Assembly: GCA_000182565.2 (NCBI GenBank)
Contig: KQ257459.1
Source of the DNA: Spizellomyces punctatus DAOM BR117
Lineage: Eukaryota
DNA length: 64,000 bases
Reading direction: 5' to 3' (one strand)
Both the position numbers and the translations under genes were made by a program. Below the pieces are notes generated by a model. The model saw only the letters and a program-made list of their open reading frames with translations, did no database searches and was not told the DNA's origin. Position 1 is the first letter of the stretch. Every line of letters starts with the position of its first letter. This document shows positions 1 to 10,730 of the stretch, in pieces.

Positions 1-2163
1 TGTTCTCAGCACAGACTGTACTTGAGCGTAAGTCAGTTGATGATCCAAATACCTACCTTCCAAGTCGAATGTTACTTCTAACGGTGATATCAGTTTGGTG
101 AGTGGTAATAATTAGGTAAAAGTAAATGCCATGGCATGCGTTACCGTTCGAGAAGCAACCGTCAGCGCATATGTTGAGCATTTGGCCCTTCTGCCGTACT
201 TTGGGTTCGTCTTCGTTAGTGTGATCGAGGTTGACGTCAATATTTCAATAGTAGCGCATTCTACCTGTTGTTACTCGATCTGCAGCCATATCTAACATTA
301 TATCTCCACAATGGCTACAGTTTAAATCGACGTCATGTACCGTTGCGCTGCATTTTCGATGAAACCATCATTCACTGTGGGCACCGCTCTTGTTTATTGT
401 ACGTACAAACCTTGTCGTGGTATGCAAGCAGGTGCCGTCCTCCGCCCTTTTGACTACTCGATGCACTCGATTATTGATTGCAACATACCTTAAAAGCCCG
501 ATGGGTAGTTCATGCAGACTAGGTCGAGTTCAAGACTACAACAATAGCTCACATAGTATTCCGATTTCTGCATTTGGGGTTAAGGCATCCATACGTCTGA
601 CTGTATCTGGATAATCATTGAAGATGTTTGATGTTGTATCGGATCACGTCAAGCAACTTGTCGGACATACATGGTATGAAAGGGTAGGTGCAAGCATGAT
701 ACAATGCCACGAATAGCGACAAGGTTTTGCTTTGTGACTTTGCAGAGTTCTCCGCGGCTGTGATTGAAGACCTCCCGTAAGTTGTAAAAGTGCAGCCTGT
801 ATGGCAGCGTCAATGTAGCGAAACTGAAGATGAGAGCATAGTCCAGATGCATCTTACTCTGGAATCGCTGGCAAGTAGGCCAGACGGATGGCGGCTCGTA
901 CGTGCTCTGGAAAGAGGGTGGATTGAGCGCGTGTCGCTTTTTCAATGTGCCAAAAGCAGGCTGGAGCTGTCATCAATGCCTTTGCGTCCGAACCATAGAA
1001 GCAAAGCTAATCGCCTACCACTGGCAAAATCTTCTTTGAGGTTCTCAGCCAAACCCCGTATTAATTCATTTCCAATATTCTCTGTGCGGGTAGGTGGAGA
1101 ACATTATAAGCTGAATCTTCGTTCAGCAGGTAAAAAGCCATGTCATTACCGTCGTAGTCCAACAACACTGCAGGATCAATGTGGAGGATTACGCAGTATC
1201 TCTCCTTTGTCGATGTTCGCTAGAGATAGTAGTTCAGCAGTGGTCATTTTGTCAACAGCTGAAAAACTAGTATTACCTGCGCCTTGACGCGCTGTGCGTC
1301 AAAGATTGCCTTCATAATATCTTTGATGTGATAGAGCTGGATATCTAAGAAAGCGTTGTGGTCAAGATCGGGAAGGACGAGTTGGGAATTTTTGCGAAGG
1401 GCAGTTTGTATTCTTACATTCAATTATTCGTTCTCTTGTTGACCGATTAGCTGAATCGGGCATGTATTCCTCCGCATACCCGTAATGCCGAGACATTGTA
1501 TTGTCAGATATCTTGACAGGTTCGGTCTCTGGAGCTGACACAGATTCCAGATCATCCGGGCCACTGATAAAGTTTTCGTCCTCAGGACCTCGAATCGGTG
1601 GACTGAATAGCGACGTTGCCAATTGTAATGAAGGACTCTTAGCAGGGCACGGAGTAGAAGATCTGCTGTCACTGACGCGAGATCCTGTGGACGATACAGG
1701 TGTACTACAGGAAGAGTTGAGGAAAACAGCCGGCCGAAATACTGGTGTGGGTGGTGCCTGGAGCTGAGAAGAGGAAGACCTGTAGCTATTATGTTCGGTA
1801 CATTGCTGCTGGGGTAGTGTCGGCTGCCTTGAAGATCCAGAACCTGGTTGTACTGGAAGATTTGGATTCTGAGCGTCCAAAGGAGGTTGTCCAACCATAA
1901 CCTCTTCTGGTGACTGCCTATACGACGCTGGAATAGAATGCTTGGCTGTTATTTTCCTGAAATTGGCCTTTCAGGTAGTTAGGTGAGCTAGCGTCGCCAA
2001 AATCGCCAAAATTCCAGGAGCAGCATGCCTTTTTGGAGAATGCAAAGCGGTCCTTCAACGAATTCCTGATGCGCTGCTCATCAACGGTAGGAAACGCATT
2101 GGATATACGGTCCGCATTAGCAGGTGCATCTATTGTCAATGCCGGATCTTCGTCTTTTGCCAT
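1..2163 (-). pseudogene. Degenerate multi-exon gene, possibly a KDZ (Dileera/Zisupton-like) transposase remnant; runs off the window edge
   Basis: ATG at 2163 (MAKDEDPAL...), then a low-complexity S/P-rich ORF (1362-1898). Broken frames near 150-600 read YGCLNPKC and LNCSHCGDIMLDMAADRVTTG, resembling the CxxCG...DG(V)xxG motif of Zisupton/HMGXB3-type KDZ proteins. In-frame TGA stops and apparent frameshifts. Confidence 0.35.
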
Positions 2164-2191
2164 GGTCAGGATGAACAAGGAGCGTGGGAGT

Positions 2192-2271
2192 AAAGTGATC
2201 TTGCCTTAGTGTATTGGCAATAACAACATAATACACCAGGGAATGAACCGGCGACAACCGGTTCGGAAAAG
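2192..2271 (-). ncRNA. Fanzor omegaRNA-like RNA (SpuFz1-type scaffold 2271-2207 plus ~15-nt guide 2206-2192)
   Basis: Minus strand reads CTTTTCC-GAACCGG TTGTCG CCGGTTC-ATTCCC-TGGTGTATT ATGTTGTTATTGCC AATACACTA then AGGCAAGATCACTTT. Two stems are directly visible (7 bp perfect; 9 bp with one G-U). It closely matches the SpuFz1 scaffold as I recall it (GUUUUCCGAGCCGGUUGUCGCGCGGUUCAAUCCCUGGUG...CACUA). Confidence 0.8.
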
Positions 2272-2332
2272 CCAAGTTACTCCCCCTTACTAGTAGCCAA
2301 CTACGACTAGGCCCAATTACACATGCAATACA

Positions 2333-2595
2333 TTACGGTTGTTCTAACCGGGTAACTAAGCCCACCACCACGAGAGAAATCCTACTAGGCCTTTGATTCC
2401 GAAATTCTTGAGTCGGAGGATGTTCAGATACTAGTAAAATCAGAATAATTAGACTGGGAATACACCTGGGAAAATACAAAAACAATGCATACCTGCGATC
2501 ATTGCAGCATAGTAGTAGCAGTGTTTGCAAGGGGTTATGTTGTTGTCGTTGTCGGGCGGACGAGGCCCTCGGCACCACCACATCGGCGTTCTCAT
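2333..2595 (-). CDS. Putative spliced 66-aa micro-ORF upstream of the omegaRNA
   Basis: ATG 2595; intron 2492-2431 (GTATGC...CTAAT...TAG); stop 2335-2333. Product MRTPMWWCRGPRPPDNDNNITPCKHCYYYAAMIAVSEHPPTQEFRNQRPSRISLVVVGLVTRLEQP. Confidence 0.3.
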
Positions 2596-2674
2596 GATTG
2601 ACTTGAGAGTTGCTTGAGGATGCTTCGAGAGTCGAGGGAAAAGAAACAAGATGGGGGGAGAGCAAATGCCCCCC

Positions 2675-2765
2675 TTTTATAGACCTTCAGCATGCGCTCC
2701 ACCGCAGTTTGGAGAAAGAAAAAACATTGGCATGCCACACCGCAGTTTGGAGAACATTAGCATGC
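2675..2765 (-). promoter_or_regulatory. Putative Pol II promoter of the omegaRNA cassette
   Basis: TATAAAA at 2681-2675 (minus), with a duplicated upstream motif CACCGCAGTTTGGAGAA (~2700 and ~2738) and AACATTRGCATGC twice. Confidence 0.45.
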
Positions 2766-4511
2766 ACCTCACCGCTGTCAGCGATGGGGGTGCTGATTAT
2801 GTCACTAAATGTGGTTAATTCGCACTGATCTTGCCTTATGTAACGCATGCGCAACTCGGGTCATATTACCTCTTTTGTCTAAATGAACAATTATTGCCAA
2901 TATTGGTTATATTGCTTTAACTTTACGGGCGGGGAAATTCACTATATAACTTGTTGCAAGCTCAACCTCTGAGCCATGCTCCGACCCCTCCGGCACTTGA
3001 AATTTAACAGCGTCCATGGTTGCCGACCTCAGCGCCGCTACTTGCAACATAGGTCGTTCCAGCTTGGTAGGTTGCTGCCATCGTCGCAGCCGTTGGGGTG
3101 CAGCAGGCGTTGGGGATCATCCTAGTTTTCATTTTGTAGCTGTAGCCGAATTTGCAGTTAGAATGGTTTGCAACGGCATTTGTTGCTCTAAATCCGTCTA
3201 CGCTCACCACCGCTGCGGCATGTGGAGGGTGACAACATTCAACCCCACAACCCTTAGCACATGGCCGATACAGACACAACGTTTAAATTCATTGTCTTTA
3301 GCGCAATGCACGCTTTGAAACACTCTTAAAATTTCCAGATCATATGCTAAAATGCGACCCAATTTTGCTGTCACCGCTTTACAGCAGTTTTTGCAAGAAA
3401 TATGCACAGTGAAGATCCACAGAATAATTTCAGATTGATATGCGGAGGCAAATGTACAGAAATGATCCGATGAATGCCTCTAAGAGATATGAATCAAAAG
3501 CTCTCTACGTTAGCATGCATGGTATGTCGACAAGGCAGTCAACAATCGTAAAAGAAAAGGCGAAATACAGTGGTATGTCTTCAATCGGCACATTTCCAGA
3601 TTATGGAAATCATGGACAACAATTACGCCAGTTGCCGTTTGTAGATGTGCCATGCCATTGCATGTAAATACCGTCATCACCGTCAACATGCCCCCAACCA
3701 TACACCTAACAGGTCCTCGTAGGGGTAGCTGCTACAAGTACTTTTTATACACGTGATTTCAAACTTCGCCTGACTATTGTATTTCTTGGGCTTTTACTTA
3801 TTAATGATTTTGCGTACACAACGCTATGGATCCAAAGACATGCCGCAGTCCGCACGATCGAAATCTGTCAGCAGAATATTAGTTGGAGATATCCAAAGCC
3901 ATTTTCTCAGATCTGCGTTTGATCTGCATTTCTCGTACAATGGGGAGTTGGTAACGTTCGTTGGGATGAACGTATTGACCGCCATGGTCTGCCGCATGCC
4001 GCATACATTTTCGACCTTGCGAACTTACCATGTGGCAAGGTTTGGAGACATCGCGTTAACTTGGATTTCGGCCGCAAGCGGCACTGACAAATTCAGGTGC
4101 AGAGATCTCCTCGTCCTGTTCGCAGTGCATTCTTCTTTGGTAGAGTAAGTGATCAATGGTTGGATATGTCTGAACGGTTTGTTCATTGGAAAGGTGTTCA
4201 CTGTCCGATTGTGACAACTCAACATCATCGATGCTGTGGATCTGCGACTGTAATGACTCCTTCTGCACCGATTATTGGATAATACTCTGCAAAAATGCCG
4301 ATTTGAAAGGTCGGGGATCTGTTGGGCTTTTCTTGACATGCCGCATTCTGGAGGCGGGTGCTACTACCCTGAAGCAGAACGCAAATGACAGCAAGTTTTG
4401 CAATTCTGCTCACGGTGAATATAAAAGAACGCCGGGCGAGTCACCCTACTTGAATAAATCATCCTCCAACTGCAACGTCTACCACTCATCTTAAAGCCAA
4501 TAAGCTATCAA

Positions 4512-4916
4512 ATGACCGCTATGCACTTCATCAGCGACACGATCGCCTTCGCTCTCCTCACTCTATTCAGTCTCTGTGCCGTGAACGGACAGTGTATTGG
4601 GGACGGCAAACAATGCGACGTTGCAAAATACTGCAAATACACCTTCAACAATTTTAATTGTCAAATGCCGATTCCTGGAAAAGCCGCATCATTTAAGGAA
4701 TGCGTCTTAGATGCCGGCTGCCCTTCGGGCTCAAAGTGTATCAACCAACTTTGTTGCGATGTGTCAGCATTGAACGGCGATAGCTCTGCTTGTCCGACGG
4801 GCCCCGAACTCGCCAGGTGCTGTTTTGAGCGCAACCTTGGAGCTGACGTGGGGCAACCTGGTAGTTTTATCCTCGAGAAGCCCACAGCGCCCTGTGGATG
4901 CCCGTCCCTCCAATGA
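4512..4916 (+). CDS. Small secreted cysteine-rich protein (134 aa)
   Basis: Single-exon ORF with a hydrophobic signal peptide (…AFALLTLFSLCAVNG), about 14 Cys in the mature part including CPSGSKCINQLCC, and upstream TATAAAA at ~4420. Confidence 0.75.
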   Translation: MTAMHFISDTIAFALLTLFSLCAVNGQCIGDGKQCDVAKYCKYTFNNFNCQMPIPGKAASFKECVLDAGCPSGSKCINQLCCDVSALNGDSSACPTGPELARCCFERNLGADVGQPGSFILEKPTAPCGCPSLQ

Positions 4917-5199
4917 TAACAAGAAACCACATCGCCTTGTCGGCCATTTTCCGGTTCAATGCTCAAAATAGACTTTAGCTTGCTAGTATACCTTCGTCAC
5001 CCGTCATCGTTTTTGCAGTTAATGTCTGTGATAGAATCAAAAACTCAAGTTTAATGTAACTGTCGTTGAAAATGTCATGTGTATTACGATATCAGTCATT
5101 GCATTCCAACCCTTTCAAACCAACGGTCAGGAGCACTTCAGCCTGCCTGCTTACAGGAAAGCGCAAGTGAGCTCCGGTCTGCTGATTTCCGCACAAGAC

Positions 5200-8100
5200 A
5201 TGACAATTTCGGAAGGCCTGGACTCTAAATCGCCAACAGGTTCATCGCCCTCGAAATCAGCACCGAACAAGGTCGCCTTGGGGGATCTTCCCGCCTTTCT
5301 GACAGCTCGTACTGCGCCGGATGCACCTATACCAGCACCGCCAAGACGAGACTCTATTACCTCCCTTCCAAAGCCCGTTGTGGACTATTCCCAATTCATG
5401 GAGCAATTGAAAGCGAATCCACATGCACGAGTTGTCTCCTATGAGCATACAGCGTCGCTAGACACGTTAGGACCACCAGGACAGCTAGTGGAGGGCGGTA
5501 TGGTTGGACCTGGTAATGCGTCAGAACGATCTATGGCGTTGGCGAATACTGAAAATGATACCATTGGAGGAACACGATCGGTACGCTTTGCTTCGTCGGG
5601 AGACCCTAAAAGAACTGTTGCGGCAACTTTAGAGGAGTCTTTATCAGGGACGTTGGCACACGAAGTACAGATCTCCCACCCAGAACCACAATCAATTCTT
5701 AAAAGCGCCACGGTACCATCTCCAGTGGACTTACATGCTCTCACAAATTCATACTCATACAGTGACAGCGGGAGCGAGGGTCTGTCAGACTACGACGATG
5801 ACACCGAGGAGGGTTCTGTTTCAGACGAATATGGCAGTGAGCCTGAGTCAGATCGGGAAGGTCATTCATTGCAAGAGCGCACCAGCGGTGGGATTGCGAC
5901 ACGAGGAGGACGGTCGCAAGGTCGAGTTTCTAGACACAGGGGTGAAACGGTTGAATCAGAAGATGAGAGCGTCCTAATATCAGGAGGTGAATCGGCCGAT
6001 GATCAGTCGCCCGCTCAGTTGTCAGAACCGGTACTTCAAGAGAACGAATCAAAAGCACAACTAGAAGATGTTACAGTAGACGACTATGAGGACATGGACG
6101 GGCTCCTGGTGACGTTGGATCGCTTTATTCGAAAGAATCGATACTCGCGTAGCATGAATTCAGTGGCTTTGTCCCCCTCGTTGGCGGCGTTGCAAAGCAT
6201 CAAAACCAAAGGCGCGCCTTCATGGGCTGTTGAGGCGAACGAAAGAGAAGTTTCCAAAATCCAACCATTGAAGGGGCTGCAGAGAATCAAGAGCATCAAA
6301 GAGGAGACGATGTCAGAACAGGTCACTCTCCCTGTGACGGATGACAAGAGGAATATGATAATGGCGAAGCTCACCGAAGCGAATGTGAAAAAGATTACAA
6401 CTCGCATTTATATCGAGGACGCTCGATCCTTTAAAACGCTGCTCCTGACATCCCTGATGTCTGCCGATCAAATTGTTCATGATGTGGTTACAAAGTTTCA
6501 TCTGGAAAAGTCACCCAACTGGACGTTGTTTGAACTTTGTAATGACCTTGGCATTGAACGCCCGCTGCGAGATTGGGAAATCGTTACGGACGTTATATCT
6601 GCTTGGGATGCTGGGACATCAATCAACGCAATCGTCATGAAAAAGTACGGGTACAGGGACACTGTTTCTCCTAAAGCCGTAGCGGGAAAATATCCACGAG
6701 TTCAAGGGTGGATGCATATGGAAGTGAAGCCTGGCAAATGGCAACGCAAGTTCTTTGTACTACGCGAAGCCAGTATCTACTATTACAAAGATGCCAACCA
6801 GTCGGGTTCGGAATCCCTTTTTTGTGGACTTGGCAATTACGATGTATATACTCTATCGCAACGCCGAAAGAAGACGCCAACACAATTCTGTTTCGCCCTT
6901 CGATCAACTAACAGCATATCTTACTTTGAAAACAAAAAGGATTATGTCCGATATTTGTGTGTCGAAAAGCAGGAGCGACTGTATGATTGGGTTCTAGCCA
7001 TCCGATTGGCTAGGAGTGAGAAGACATTTGCTGACTTCCCGGAACTTTTCGAGGATTACGATGAAATTTCTGCCAAAGCGTGGCGGCGGAGACAGGGCGA
7101 TTCTCTAGGGAAAAGTGCACGGGAGAGGATAGATCCGAAGCAAGTAGAGGGTGCGGAAGGTGGCTCACAAGGGGACTTGGGCCAGGATCACACGCGGCTT
7201 GCTCGACGTGCAGCATCCCCTGAGCCACTACTACAATTTGGCACCGTGAACAATAATATTAGTCACCCGGAAGTTCGCAGGTCAGCCGAACCAGATGCTG
7301 GTCGGTCCTCAACCCGCCGCAAATCCCACCGCCGCAGAGCATCGTCGGAGAACGACGATGATGAACCTTTACTTGTTCGACAGATGCGTCAAAAGACCGC
7401 ATTAATAGCTGAGGATGGGGAGCGTGACGGTGGGCTCGTCTCACGACGGGCGACACGACCTAGTCGAAAGGTGACTGACAGGGAAGATGTTACCTCTCAG
7501 TCGGAGAGAGAAGTTGATGTGGCACGACGAAAAACTAGATCAACGCGACGAGTGCCAGATGACGTAAGTGACGCAGCCCGTTAGTCGGCATATGCTGCAT
7601 AATCTAATTTTCACATAGTCGCCCTCTGAGCGCGAGTCAGATGTTGGCCTCATGAGACGACCGACCACGACTCGATCAAGCAACTACCGTAGTACAGACG
7701 ATGTAGTTGCAAAGAGACGTTCACCCCCATCGCCGCCGAAACCTCTCCTGTCTTTCGCGGCAGACGACAAGGAACGTGATAAGGATCGGGATACAGATCG
7801 AGAAAGGGAGCGAGAACTTGAATGGAAACGGGAAAAGGTGCGTGATCGCGAACACAAGCGAGAGAGATCACGAAGAGGAGACAGACCGGGTGGAAGTGTC
7901 CGAGAGCGTAACCGCGAACGTGACAAGGACAGAGAAAAGGACAGGGAATTGGACCGAAATAAAGATGAACGAAACCCTGACCGAGATCACCGTGATCGCA
8001 ACGATGAAGGTAACCGATCGTCTGGACACCGGTCCAGATATGGGAGTGGAACGGCCATCGGAGGTGGATCCACCAGTACGTTGGTACAACAGATATCCGA

Positions 8101-8485
8101 TTCTCAACGATCAGAGGCTATCGCTTCTCCTCGTGATTCCGTAAGACGCCGTAGCGATCACAGGGATGATCGAGTTCAAAGGTCCTCAACCACGCGTCAT
8201 CGGCACCGAGAGAAGAGCAGCACGCATTCCTCTCGACGCGCCGACGAAGACGGCGTTTTGGTGACTCGTTCGAAAACCATGAAGAGCGCCAAGCCGCTCA
8301 TTGACATATCGGACAGTCCCAATTGTCGAAAGTGTGGTTGCAGCGAGTATAAACCTGGTGGAAGGGGTGGAGGGTGCACAAATTGGTAAGTAATTGGAAT
8401 GTCTGTATTCTAAATCATTTGGAGTTTAACCAAACTGATTGCGCTTTCTCGTTGCTTTAGCTATCATGTACACAACATTTTCTGA
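5200..8485 (+). CDS. Ras-association + PH domain adaptor protein (MRL/Grb7-like core) with charged tail and C-terminal Cys/His motif
   Basis: RA-like segment TTRIYIED…WTLFEL…ERPLRDWE and PH domain QGWMHMEVKPGKWQRKFFVLRE…WVLAIRLAR. Introns 7564-7618 and 8386-8460 join ORFs 5077-7584 and 7652-8389 in frame; stop TGA 8483-8485. Confidence 0.8.
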
Positions 8486-9013
8486 CATGAACAATTCGGG
8501 GCATTCAGCGGATATATGTACAAAGATATTCTTTTTAATTCAAATGAACAAGCGAGATAGCGGGCTGCGACTACGGTGAATTAATTTTAATAATAAAGTA
8601 ATTGAGCGAATTCCGCTTTCATTCATTGGGGAATCATTGTTAACAATTCATCAACGTATGTGGGTGTTCTATGTCGCAGTACGCCTGTCCGATGGTCTCG
8701 CATCACATTGGCAGGTGCAACTTTTAAAGATGCTTTGAGGGCATTGAATACGCATTCCTGTAAACAGCCCGTGAATTGGCACCCTGCTACTGGAATCTCC
8801 CTTTTGATCAAGTCCACATATCTGTAGTTGGGCATTTGGGTCGTCCATGTGTACTGTCAACCCCTTGACGATTGCAGCCCAATGAAATCATCCAACTTTA
8901 CCTCTACCAATTATAGATCCTAAGTAGAAATATTGTCGCATATAATGTATTTAAGATATTCATCATTTCACCAACTAGATACATATCACAACATGCTGAA
9001 AATCGGCACAATA

Positions 9014-10153
9014 TCAATACTTTTTGGTTTTGAACAGGACAAACGCCGTTGGAAACTTGTCTTTGATGATGGTCCACGCTTGGTGCGCAATATCCTCGGG
9101 TCCAGAAATTGAAAAAACACGAAGTAAATTCACACGTTCCAGGTCGGGCCGCGTACGAAGAAGGAGAGCGATCTCCGGTGCACATTCAAGAACGCACTCG
9201 GTTTTGGTATGCGGTTTGATAAACAGACGAAGGCTCACGCGCGGAAAACGTTGCGTTAAGGTAACTAGCTCAGGGTTTTGAGTCGGTATAAAATGGCTTG
9301 CAAGGTAGTTCGGAATATAGGTCAAGAATCTAGGAAGATACACAATGGTAAGGGAACAATTACACAAAGCACTACGCAAGTAAGATACTAACCTAACATT
9401 GGACACTTTCCGCAAAGGACTATCAACATCCATTGGCGACGGACCGTCGATGGCGGATCCCATACGAGATTCTGCTTCGTTAATCTGATGAAAGGCTTGC
9501 GTCATTTGCTGATAGATTTTGGGAACTTCCACTGAAATTGATTCCGTCAACGTGGCGAGTGTGCTCAATCGCTCAGACATGGTGTGCATATTGTTGTTCA
9601 ACTTGTTACCCGCGGCCTCGATGTTGGCGATCTTGCTAAACGTCGTTGTTTTGAACTTGTTGAAATCCCACAGCACCTGATTGTGTTGCCTCATAACCAG
9701 ATTTTCCAAATCAGACAACCTGTTTTCGATAACATTCATGAGCAGTACTGTATCGTTGGAATGAACTTGAGTATGCGTAGATTGGACACAAGATTCGATC
9801 CGAGCGGTCCGTTCAGTCAGAACTTGAAGTTTGTTGTCATTTTCCTTGATTTTGTCGTAGTTCTGTTGGATCTTACTCAAGATATCATCCAATGACGCAA
9901 GTTGGTCGTTGACAGGTTCGAGGCTGTTGATGATGCTGATCGGTTGTTTTCGTTTGAGTTTGCGGATTGGGGACTGGAGGTTTTGAGTTACATCATTTAA
10001 AACCGCCCTAAGGTTACCAGTTGGGGGCCTGGCCATCGGATTGTACCGTTTGGAAATGTCGATCAAAGCACTCTTGGTGTACAGTTTGAGGGTGCTTTCC
10101 AACGGGAGCAGGTCTTGGAGGTCATTAGGAGGAGTGTGGAACTTTTTAGGCAT
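9014..10153 (-). CDS. Hypothetical coiled-coil protein
   Basis: Long ORF with heptad-like middle region, ATG 10153, TATA-like element at ~10232, and a likely in-frame intron at ~9330-9392. The 3' end is uncertain and may splice on to 8623-8835. Confidence 0.5.
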   Translation of the reverse strand: MPKKFHTPPNDLQDLLPLESTLKLYTKSALIDISKRYNPMARPPTGNLRAVLNDVTQNLQSPIRKLKRKQPISIINSLEPVNDQLASLDDILSKIQQNYDKIKENDNKLQVLTERTARIESCVQSTHTQVHSNDTVLLMNVIENRLSDLENLVMRQHNQVLWDFNKFKTTTFSKIANIEAAGNKLNNNMHTMSERLSTLATLTESISVEVPKIYQQMTQAFHQINEAESRMGSAIDGPSPMDVDSPLRKVSNVRLVSYLRSALCNCSLTIVYLPRFLTYIPNYLASHFIPTQNPELVTLTQRFPRVSLRLFIKPHTKTECVLECAPEIALLLRTRPDLERVNLLRVFSISGPEDIAHQAWTIIKDKFPTAFVLFKTKKY

Positions 10154-10730
10154 TACTGGTAGAGAGGACGGTCGTATGAAGATTGAGAAAAGAGGTTTAT
10201 CGCTAATACGGAGGGACACCTCACCCGCCTGTTTATAACCCTGGGGAACTGCGCTTTTTTTTGCAATCCGGGAATTCTCGGCGGAAGATACCGTATCCTG
10301 CGTACGTCATTCTTTTGCACACGCCATGAAGGTCCAATCAATGTCGTCGTTTCCACCTCCTGGCATGCGTTCCCCTTGCGCAAGTTAAGATTATGTAAAC
10401 GCGTCCCATGGTCGAGTCATTTGTTTATCTTCATTTTCCCACGGTCGTAGACAAGCGAGATCGGGCAAAACATTGATTACTTTGGACGCATCCTCCATTT
10501 CACGACTTGACAGGCAATGATAGACATATCTCTCCCATACAAATAGAACAATATCCTGTTTGGGTGAACTCAAAATGCCATCAGCTTGGGATCGTTGCAA
10601 TGCTCAGAATGACATGCTGATGAGTCACTATAGTGACGTCTCATCACCTTCACACTTGGGGTTTAACCTCCTATCGGGGTACTCGTGCTCCTTGCACATT
10701 CTTTTCTTTTTGCTTTTGCAATTCTTATTC

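Larger units (their letters stand above)
2196..2838 (-). mobile_element. Non-autonomous Fanzor-associated ('ghost'-like) element, 617-bp core (2209-2825) between perfect 13-bp direct repeats
   Basis: TGATCTTGCCTTA at 2196-2208 and 2826-2838. Core ends are GTG...CAC, with the omegaRNA at its 3' end on the minus strand. CATA lies at 2840-2837 (minus). No Fanzor ORF. Confidence 0.6.

Noticed and set aside
230-600. GCLNPKC and MRYY*NID as a Fanzor C-terminal remnant
   Set aside because: The motifs are about 300 nt apart and lie downstream of the omegaRNA, the wrong side for a Fanzor ORF; the context fits a KDZ-like protein better.
2891-2902. TTATTGCCAATA as the left inverted repeat of the ghost element
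   Set aside because: Only 12 bp, AT-rich, lacks the terminal CAC and adjacent TAM; may be chance or very degenerate.
3004-4340. Short Cys-rich or acidic ORFs on the minus strand
   Set aside because: No convincing start, splice model or family motif.
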